A DNA stretch of 11,792 bases from Candidatus Sericytochromatia bacterium. Its GTDB lineage: Bacteria > Cyanobacteriota > Sericytochromatia > S15B-MN24 > JAQBPE01. This document shows positions 1-6,506 of this stretch, piece by piece. Location: assembly GCA_035285125.1 (NCBI GenBank), contig JAYKHR010000040.1:1-11792 (forward strand), given 5' to 3'. Under the pieces are notes generated by a model. That model saw nothing but the letters and a program-made list of their open reading frames with translations. It ran no database searches and was not told the origin of the DNA. Every line of letters starts with the position of its first letter. The stretch's first letter is position 1. Made by a program: the position numbers and the translations under genes.

Positions 1-816
1 CTGCACGAGAACCGGCAGGGCTTCCTGGCTGGCTCCGGGCTTTTTGGCGCCACCACCAACTTCAACCTCAACGGCCTCTTCCATTGGCAGGTGCTCGACG
101 CGCTGCCGGCGCCGACGCCCGTTGACCACGTCGCCTTCTCCTTGCGCTACGGCGATGCGGAGACTGGTTCCAACTATGGTTCGGCCGCTGCGTTTCAAAG
201 TGGCAGCTCGCACTACCCCCGGCTGTGGGTCCGCTACCGCACCGTGGCGAGCCGACCGAGCTTCCCCGTCGAGACGGCCCCCCTCATCGACGCCACGCGG
301 AAGCGCGTCTTCGTCTACGTCTCGAACGTGCTGTTCTGCCTGAAGTTCAACGACGCCACGGCCTGGATGGACGGGGACGGCGGCGACTCGCACACGGGCT
401 ACCAGGTGGCGTACCTCGCCCGCGACACGGCCACGGCCAAGTATGGCGCCCGCAACGCCAGCGGCGTCTACTACCGCAACAAGACCTCCCCCGTGCCGGC
501 CTTCGACCTGTCCAACATCCACGTGCTCAGCCAGGCCTACGACAGCAGCGCGGGCACCTGGCAGGTGGCGCTCTCCAAGGTCAAGCCCAACCGCTCCGCG
601 TCCACGCGGGCCGCGGACGACCTTGGGGGCGCGGATCGCGACGAAGCCAGGCTCTCGGGCAAGGAGCTGGTCGTCTCGGGGGCGTCGGTGGTGAGCCCCT
701 ATGGCGCGCGCACCCTGCTCATCGACCCCTACAGCAACCTCCTCACCAAGGGCGGCGACCTGTACGTCGGCCTGGCCGACCCGAACCGCGTGTACCGCTA
801 TGGGACGGACGACTAG
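1..816 (+). CDS. Cassette gene A1, 3' part only: end of DNRLRE/CBM-like domain plus C-terminal propeller-like blades
   Basis: Frame 1 is open from base 1 (LHENRQGFLAGSGLFGATTNFNLNGLFHWQVLDAL...) to TAG at 814-816. It aligns with the C-terminal third of A2/A3 (compare A2 TNFALNTTYSWRVLDAL). The ORF-track start at 91 is an internal GTG. Confidence 0.9.
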   Translation: MHENRQGFLAGSGLFGATTNFNLNGLFHWQVLDALPAPTPVDHVAFSLRYGDAETGSNYGSAAAFQSGSSHYPRLWVRYRTVASRPSFPVETAPLIDATRKRVFVYVSNVLFCLKFNDATAWMDGDGGDSHTGYQVAYLARDTATAKYGARNASGVYYRNKTSPVPAFDLSNIHVLSQAYDSSAGTWQVALSKVKPNRSASTRAADDLGGADRDEARLSGKELVVSGASVVSPYGARTLLIDPYSNLLTKGGDLYVGLADPNRVYRYGTDD

Positions 817-2248
817 GCGCGCCCGCCTGGGGCAGGCCTGGGGGTTAGGGCTGCTGGCCGTGGCCCTGACGTTCGGCTGCACCGAGGCTGTCCGCCGGCC
901 GCTCGGCACGGCCTTCGTGCTGGGCGGGCCGCCCGAGGGCCCTGGCGCCGCGGCGGCAGGCGCGGTGGGCGGCGGGCCCGGGGCTGTCGGGGGGCTGGCG
1001 GGCGCCCCGACCACCCCCTTCGCGGTGGGGGGGGGGGGGCCCGCGTCCGGCCCGACGCCCGCGCCGGAGGCCGTGGCGCCGGCCGCCGAGGTGCCGGCGG
1101 TCGGGGGGGCGACTGGCCGCGTGGTGGCCCTCGTGGACGGCGAGCCGCGGCCCGTGGCGGCCGCCTGGGTTGCCACGTCGGCGGGCCTCCGGGTCCAGGC
1201 AGGGCCCGACGGCCGCTTCCGCTGGGAGGGGGCGGGCCCGGCCGACGGCGTCTGGCTCGCCGGGGCGCCGGGGCACTTCACCTCCGTGGTGCAGGGCGCG
1301 GGCGCCGAGGTGCCCGCGACGCTCCACCTCGAGCCGCTGGCCGTCACGCGGGGCTGGGCCCCCCTCCCCGCGACGCGGTCCGTGACGCTCGCGGGACGCG
1401 TCGTGGATGCCGCCGGCCAGGGGCGGCCGGGGCTCGTGGTGGTGCTCGGCGGGCCGGGCGTCGCGGGGTCGCCGGCGGCCACCACCGACGCCACGGGGCG
1501 CTATGCGCTCACGGCCGCGCTGCCCGTGGCCGGCCTGGCCTCGGCGACGCTGCTGGCGGCAGGCCTGCAGGGCGGGGAGCTCGGCCTGCTGCGCAGCGTG
1601 GCGCTGCCGGTTGGCTTGCAGGCGCTGCCGGACCTCGTCGTGGCGCCTGCCACGCTGGCGCTCCGCGTGGCGGCCTCGGCACCGCCCGGCCTGGGGGCGC
1701 TGCAGGCCACGCTCACGCTGCGGGCCCCGGACGGCACTCGGCTCGGGCTCGTCGACGCGGGCGAGGGTTTCAACCTGGCCGAGGTCTCGGGGGTGTCCCT
1801 CGACCTGCACCTCGAGTCCGTCTCAGCCGACGGGCTGGCCTACAGCCGCGTCGAGCGGCCGGGGCTCCGCCTCGACTGGGCCGCCCGCGAGGTGACGTGG
1901 CGCGAGGCCCTGCTGCCGCCCGTGAGCCTGGATCCGCCGCCCGTGCTGGCCGTGGGGGGGGACCTGGGCTGGCCGGCCGTGCCGGGGGCCGGCGGCTACA
2001 CGGTCCGCGTGGCCGGGCCGCGCCAGGGGGAGGGCTGGCCCTGGGAGGCCTTCACCCCGACGCCCGCGATCCGGCTGCTTCAGCCGCTAGGGGGGCTGGA
2101 GCCGGGGCCGTGGACGCTCGAGGTGACGGCCTGGGACGCGCCCGGCCTCGCGCCGCGGGCCCTCATGCAGGCGCGTTCACTGCGGCGCGTCGACGGCTCG
2201 GCCGGGCTGCGCGTCTCGGGGCGGCGGATCGACGCCTTGCCCCTGTGA
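800..2248 (+). CDS. Cassette gene B1: predicted lipoprotein with carboxypeptidase-regulatory-like repeats and FnIII-like C-terminal domain (482 aa)
   Basis: ATG at 800 overlaps the end of A1 by 17 nt and gives MGRTTRRARLGQAWGLGLLAVALTFG-C (lipobox Cys at 878-880). Motifs VTLAGRVVDAAGQGRPGLVV and TTDATGRYAL are prealbumin-like/CarboxypepD_reg type. LGWPAVPGAGGYTVRV...LEPGPWTLEVTAWD is FnIII-like. Paralogous to B2/B3. Confidence 0.85.
   Translation: MGRTTRRARLGQAWGLGLLAVALTFGCTEAVRRPLGTAFVLGGPPEGPGAAAAGAVGGGPGAVGGLAGAPTTPFAVGGGGPASGPTPAPEAVAPAAEVPAVGGATGRVVALVDGEPRPVAAAWVATSAGLRVQAGPDGRFRWEGAGPADGVWLAGAPGHFTSVVQGAGAEVPATLHLEPLAVTRGWAPLPATRSVTLAGRVVDAAGQGRPGLVVVLGGPGVAGSPAATTDATGRYALTAALPVAGLASATLLAAGLQGGELGLLRSVALPVGLQALPDLVVAPATLALRVAASAPPGLGALQATLTLRAPDGTRLGLVDAGEGFNLAEVSGVSLDLHLESVSADGLAYSRVERPGLRLDWAAREVTWREALLPPVSLDPPPVLAVGGDLGWPAVPGAGGYTVRVAGPRQGEGWPWEAFTPTPAIRLLQPLGGLEPGPWTLEVTAWDAPGLAPRALMQARSLRRVDGSAGLRVSGRRIDALPL
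1027..1039 (+). repeat. G13 homopolymer in the N-terminal linker of B1 (in frame)
   Basis: Sequence gtg ggg ggg ggg ggg ccc encodes VGGGGP. Longest homopolymer seen in the window. Confidence 0.95.
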
Positions 2249-2258
2249 GGACGCCCGC

Positions 2259-2287
2259 GGGTTCGGGCGGCGCCTGCCGGGTATAAC
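2259..2287 (+). promoter_or_regulatory. Putative promoter of cassette 2
   Basis: GGGTTCG-N14-GGTATAAC in the 86-nt B1/A2 gap. It aligns without gaps to the motif upstream of A3. Contains TATAAC (2282-2287) and GGGTAT (2279-2284). Confidence 0.45.
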
Positions 2288-2318
2288 GCCGGGAGGGGAA
2301 CGGGTCCCCGCTGTGGCC

Positions 2319-2324
2319 AGGAGG
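2319..2324 (+). promoter_or_regulatory. Shine-Dalgarno site of A2
   Basis: AGGAGG 10 nt before ATG 2335, the same spacing as for A3. Confidence 0.8.
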
Positions 2325-2334
2325 GCCAGCCGCG

Positions 2335-4899
2335 ATGAAGACGTTCGTGTCTGCCACGTCGGTCCTGCTCACGGGGAGCATCCTCGCGGGCTGTTCCGCG
2401 CTCGGCCCGGCGGGGCTCGCCAGGCTCACCGGCCTCGGCACCTTCGCGATCGACACGCGCAACCTCGCCGAGCCGCGGGCCATCGACTGGCAGACCTCCC
2501 GCATCAACGCCGCGGGCCTCGGCGAGAAGCGGCAGGCGTTCGTGGAGGCGCAGCTGCGCGCGGCCGCGGGGGGCCAGGCGAGGTATGGGCTGAAGGCGGC
2601 GGGCAACTGGCCGACGCAGAACGCCAACTGGGTCAACGGGGGCACGCCTGGGGTTGCGCCAGGCACCATCTGCACCGGCGCCAACAAGGTCGACAACGGG
2701 CTCGCTTGCGGGATGTTTTGGGACAGCGGTGCCTCGCAACGCTTCGTGTTTGCCTTGTCGAACAACGGCTACTTTATGCGTATTCCTTCGGACCTGGCGC
2801 TCACCTCCACCGCCAACGTCGCGTCGGTCCAGTTGACGAGCCCGGCGGCCGTGGACAGCTTCAAACAGACCTCGGTCATCATGAACCCGAGCTGTACGCG
2901 GGCCTACTGCCTGCGCTCCACGGACGCCACCCTGTTTGCCGTGGACGTCACGGTCACGCCCCCGGCCCAGCTGAGCAGCCTGGCCATCGGCTCCGCTGGC
3001 AACGCCATGGAGGGAGCCCGCTTCCTGGCACCGTCGCTGGACCCCGTGCGCAGCAGCCACTATGGTGGCGAGGACATTCTCTACGTGCCTCGCAACGATG
3101 GGCAGGTGTACAAGGTCAAGGTCAGCGCCAACGGGGTCTTGAGCCAGGTGGGCGCTGCCTACACCTTGACCAGCGCCACGCCCATCAGCACGTGCGTCGG
3201 CTGCTCGGATTACTCTGACGGCGGGTCCAACCGCTACAGGCTGGCCGCTGCGGGAGTGGCCTTCAACGGCCACTATTTCATCGGAGACATGGCAGGGAAC
3301 TTCTACGATTACGACGTCGACGCTGGCTCGCACGTCACCTACCCGGTCTCCACGGTGGCTGGCATCGCTGCCCCGCCAGCTCTTGAACTGCAGTCGGGCA
3401 ACTCGGGGGCCTTGGACGTCTCAGACAGCGGCACCACCGTGACGGTGCCCGACATGGGGGCGCGCTACGCGTTCGTCAACGTCACGCGTGGCGCGGGCCC
3501 TGCCTGCGCGTGGGTGGACCTGGCCCGGCGTACGGTGGTCTTCTCGAAGCCGCTGTACCTCGATGAAAACGACAGCGGCGCCAACCCGCAAGTGTACGGC
3601 AAGCTGGCGGACTACAACTTCAACGAATCCACCTTGGGTGCCACTCACGAGATTGACCTGAAGAACGGCGCATCGACGGGCCGCGCCAAGACCGTCGCCA
3701 CCGCCAGCACGGGCGACCTCGACGGTGTCACGGCCGGCACCCAGCAGTTTCTCGGCAACAGCCTGCAGGCCTCGGCCTCCGGCGTCACCAACGGTGGCGG
3801 CAGCACCGTTTACTTCCGCGCGGACGCCAGCGGGTTGGCCTCCACCGCCGTGCTGACTGACGCCGAGGTGGTCCTGACAGCGGATGCCGTCCGCACCGGG
3901 GTGGCGCCGCCGCGGTTCCACGCGGTGGGTGGCGTGAACGCCAACGGTGCCACCGGCTACTACCAACGCGGGACCACCACGGTGTGGGACACGGCGTCGA
4001 ACCAGCTCAGCGCCGCCAATGCGCCCACGGTGTTCGATGCCACTTACGTCAACAACCCGCCGCTGCAGGGCTTCTCGAACGCCAACAGCGCGTACGTCAC
4101 GCCCACCAACTTCGCGCTCAACACGACGTACTCGTGGCGCGTCCTGGACGCCCTGGCGGGGCCCGTCCAGATGGATCGCCTGGCCTTCGCGATGAAGGAC
4201 CCCGGCACCTACGGCACCGGCACAGGCGACGCCGCTGTCTTCACGCCGGCCTCCACCACCACCCTCCGGCTCAAGTACGACATCGTCAACACCCGGCCCA
4301 GCTTTGTCGTTGAGACGGCGCCCATCCTGGATGCCACGGCCAAGCGTTGCTACGTGCAGGTGGCGAACGTCCTCTTCTGCCTGAAGTACAACGACCCCAC
4401 TGCGTGGGCCGACGCGGAGCACGGCGTCAAGCACACGGGTTATCAGGCGCTGTACTTCGGGAGGGTCGTGGGGGACAAGACGGGCACGACAGATGGTAAC
4501 GGGGGGTCCGCCTTCTACCGCAACGTCGTCACGCCCGTGGCGTCATTCAATTTCAAGTACATCTATGCGATGTCTTACAAGGCGCAGGGCGGCTCCCATT
4601 TTCATATGGCCCTGTCGCGCGTGACCCCGGGCAACGTCCAAAACTCGGGCCTGACGCAGCGGTCGAACGACGATCTGGGCACGTCAGACCGCATGTCAGC
4701 CGCCGTGGCGAGAACGGACAGCAGCGACACCTTCGGTGATGGCAGTGGCCAGCGAGACAGCTACTTGGGGGCGCGAACGATGATGGTCAGCCCCTACGAC
4801 AACATTGCAACGACGGGCGGTGACCTCTACGTCTCGATGAGCGACAACGATGATAATGCCGCTGACTTCCCTTTTCTGTACCGGTTTGGTACCCAATAA
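2335..4899 (+). CDS. Cassette gene A2: large predicted lipoprotein, beta-propeller-like with inserted DNRLRE/CBM96-like domain (854 aa)
   Basis: RBS plus signal peptide MKTFVSATSVLLTGSILAG-C (Cys20 at 2392-2394). Blade-like motifs FVFALSNNGYFMRI, APSLDP..DILYVPRNDGQVYKV, FNGHYFIGDMAGNFYDYD and ETAPILDATAKRCYV. Thr/Ser/Asn/Gly-rich extracellular composition. Confidence 0.9.
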   Translation: MKTFVSATSVLLTGSILAGCSALGPAGLARLTGLGTFAIDTRNLAEPRAIDWQTSRINAAGLGEKRQAFVEAQLRAAAGGQARYGLKAAGNWPTQNANWVNGGTPGVAPGTICTGANKVDNGLACGMFWDSGASQRFVFALSNNGYFMRIPSDLALTSTANVASVQLTSPAAVDSFKQTSVIMNPSCTRAYCLRSTDATLFAVDVTVTPPAQLSSLAIGSAGNAMEGARFLAPSLDPVRSSHYGGEDILYVPRNDGQVYKVKVSANGVLSQVGAAYTLTSATPISTCVGCSDYSDGGSNRYRLAAAGVAFNGHYFIGDMAGNFYDYDVDAGSHVTYPVSTVAGIAAPPALELQSGNSGALDVSDSGTTVTVPDMGARYAFVNVTRGAGPACAWVDLARRTVVFSKPLYLDENDSGANPQVYGKLADYNFNESTLGATHEIDLKNGASTGRAKTVATASTGDLDGVTAGTQQFLGNSLQASASGVTNGGGSTVYFRADASGLASTAVLTDAEVVLTADAVRTGVAPPRFHAVGGVNANGATGYYQRGTTTVWDTASNQLSAANAPTVFDATYVNNPPLQGFSNANSAYVTPTNFALNTTYSWRVLDALAGPVQMDRLAFAMKDPGTYGTGTGDAAVFTPASTTTLRLKYDIVNTRPSFVVETAPILDATAKRCYVQVANVLFCLKYNDPTAWADAEHGVKHTGYQALYFGRVVGDKTGTTDGNGGSAFYRNVVTPVASFNFKYIYAMSYKAQGGSHFHMALSRVTPGNVQNSGLTQRSNDDLGTSDRMSAAVARTDSSDTFGDGSGQRDSYLGARTMMVSPYDNIATTGGDLYVSMSDNDDNAADFPFLYRFGTQ

Positions 4900-4903
4900 C
4901 GGC

Positions 4904-6340
4904 GTGCGCGCCTCACGGACGGCAGCAACGGCCTTTCTGGTGGGAGCGTGCGGGGTGGTCGCCTGCGCCCCAGCCCCCACAGCCCTTCTTTCATTGAGGC
5001 TTGTCGTGGGGCCGGCTGTGGCGGTGCAGCAGGCCTTGAAGCCTGTGCCCCCTCGGGGGGGGGGGGCGCAGGTCACGGCACCGGGGCGGGAGCAGGGGCA
5101 GCCCGCAACCGAGGTCCCGAACCCCTCGCCTGCGGCCGCGAGCGAGCCAGGTTACGCCTCTGGCGGCGGCTCTGCCCCAGCCCCCGGCGGCCCCCCTCCC
5201 CACCGCGTGCTCGCCCTCGCGGGCGGCCCGCCCCGCCCCGTGGCCGGTGCCTGGGTCTCAAGCGCCGACGGCCGCCGCGTGACGACGGGGCCGGACGGCG
5301 GGTTCACGTGGGTGGGCCCCGTGCCGGACGGCAGCAGCTGGGTGGTCGGGGCCGCGGGGCATGTGACCTCGTTCGTGCAGGGCTACGGCGCGGACGTGCC
5401 CGCGGCGTTCCACCTGGAGCCCCTCGCCGTCACGGGCGCGGCCGCGCCCCTCGTGGCCTTGCAGCCGGTGGCCCTCACGGGGGAGGTCCGAGACGCGGGT
5501 GGCGCCGGCCTGCCGGGCCTCCTTGTGGTGCTCTCCGCGCCGGGCCTCGCGGGCAACCCGGCGGCCTTCACCGAGGCCGACGGCCGCTTCACGCTGCGCG
5601 CGGACCTGCCGGCCGGGGGCGTGGCGGGGGCCACCGTGCTGGTGGCAGGTCCTAAGGGGGACCACGTCGCCGTCGCCACCGACCTCGCGCTGACGGGGCA
5701 GGCGCAGGCGCTGCCGCCCGTCGTCGCCACCGCGGCCGCACACGAGTTGCAGGTAGCCGCCTCGGGGCCCGCGAGCCTCCCCCCGCCCCGCGTGCGGGTG
5801 GTGATGCAGGGCCCGCGGGGCAGCGCCCTCACGCTGGACGCCGCGGGGGGGCTCAGGCTGGCGCCCCTGCCGGGCGTCACCTACGCGCTGCAGGTGCAGG
5901 CCCTCTCGAACGACGGGCTCCGGTCGAGCCGCCTCCAGCGCCCGGCCCTCACGCTCGACTGGGCCCAGCCCCGCACGACGCTCACGGAAGCGTTGCTCGC
6001 GCTGCCCGACGTCACGCTGCCGACGCCCCTCGCGCTCGGCGCGCCCCTGGTCTGGACGGCCGTGCCGGGTGCTGCCGGCTACACCGTCGAGGTGGCCGGG
6101 CCCCTCAACGCCGACGGCTGGCCCTGGGAGGCCTTCACGGTGGCCCCGGCCACCACCCTGCTCCAGCCCGGTGGCACGCTGCCGCCGGGGCCCTACCGCG
6201 TCGCGGTGTCGGCCTGGGACGCCCCGGGCCTCTCCGCCCGCGCCCTGGCCCAGGTCGGCGCGCCGCGGGCCCTGCGACGCATCTCGGGCGGCGCCACGGG
6301 GCTGCGCGTCGCCCGGGTGGAGCTCGCGGCCACGCCCTGA
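4904..6340 (+). CDS. Cassette gene B2: predicted lipoprotein paralogous to B1/B3 (~478 aa)
   Basis: GTG at 4904, 4 nt after the A2 stop, gives MRASRTAATAFLVGACGVVA-C (Cys at 4964-4966). An alternative start is TTG 4886, positionally equivalent to the B1 ATG. Same domain motifs as B1. Ends TGA followed immediately by TAG. Confidence 0.85.
   Translation: MRASRTAATAFLVGACGVVACAPAPTALLSLRLVVGPAVAVQQALKPVPPRGGGAQVTAPGREQGQPATEVPNPSPAAASEPGYASGGGSAPAPGGPPPHRVLALAGGPPRPVAGAWVSSADGRRVTTGPDGGFTWVGPVPDGSSWVVGAAGHVTSFVQGYGADVPAAFHLEPLAVTGAAAPLVALQPVALTGEVRDAGGAGLPGLLVVLSAPGLAGNPAAFTEADGRFTLRADLPAGGVAGATVLVAGPKGDHVAVATDLALTGQAQALPPVVATAAAHELQVAASGPASLPPPRVRVVMQGPRGSALTLDAAGGLRLAPLPGVTYALQVQALSNDGLRSSRLQRPALTLDWAQPRTTLTEALLALPDVTLPTPLALGAPLVWTAVPGAAGYTVEVAGPLNADGWPWEAFTVAPATTLLQPGGTLPPGPYRVAVSAWDAPGLSARALAQVGAPRALRRISGGATGLRVARVELAATP
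5055..5066 (+). repeat. G12 homopolymer in the N-terminal linker of B2 (in frame)
   Basis: Sequence cgg ggg ggg ggg gcg encodes RGGGA. Confidence 0.95.
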
Positions 6341-6374
6341 TAGCGGCTGTAAGATGAGCACCGGCTAGCGACGT

Positions 6375-6415
6375 CGGCCGGGCTCAGGGGGCCGTCGCCC
6401 TGAGGTCGTTGGCCG
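6375..6415 (+). other. Intergenic stem-loop after B2, no U-tract
   Basis: CTCAGGG (6383-6389) / CCCTGAG (6398-6404) form a perfect 7-bp stem, extendable by CGGCCG (6375-6380) / TGGCCG (6410-6415). Confidence 0.35.
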
Positions 6416-6449
6416 CCCGTTCGTGGGCCCTGCTGATGGCCCGGCCTCG

Positions 6450-6496
6450 GGGCTCGCGCCGCCTGCTTGTGGTATATCACAGGAGGCGGAAGGAGG
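6450..6496 (+). promoter_or_regulatory. Putative promoter and Shine-Dalgarno site of cassette 3
   Basis: GGGCTCG-N14-GGTATATC (6450-6478), which includes an extended -10-like TGnTATATC. AGGAGG occurs at 6481-6486 and 6491-6496, the latter 10 nt before ATG 6507. Confidence 0.55.
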
Positions 6497-6506
6497 GGCC
6501 CTGGGC

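Noticed and set aside
701..799. Longer ORF-track starts for B1 (701), B2 (4850) and A3 (6423)
   Set aside because: They bury the signal peptides, overlap the upstream gene or promoter, and lack RBS support. The downstream starts give normal lipoprotein signals.
225..848. Alternative-frame + strand ORFs (e.g. 225-848, 2313-3218, 4948-5655, 6467-7570, 11129-11452)
   Set aside because: They overlap better-supported genes and have low-complexity Arg/Pro/Gly translations typical of off-frames in high-GC DNA.
800..880. Twin-arginine (Tat) signals in B1 (TRRARL), B3 (VRRGVV) and A3 (QRRPGW)
   Set aside because: Poor match to S/T-R-R-x-F-L-K and absent in A2 and B2. RR is common in n-regions of high-GC organisms.
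3193..3207. CxxC read as a heme-c binding site or a PQQ dehydrogenase vicinal disulfide
   Set aside because: No CxxCH motif. The CC in A3 is not conserved in A2, and I see no catalytic PQQ-dehydrogenase motifs.
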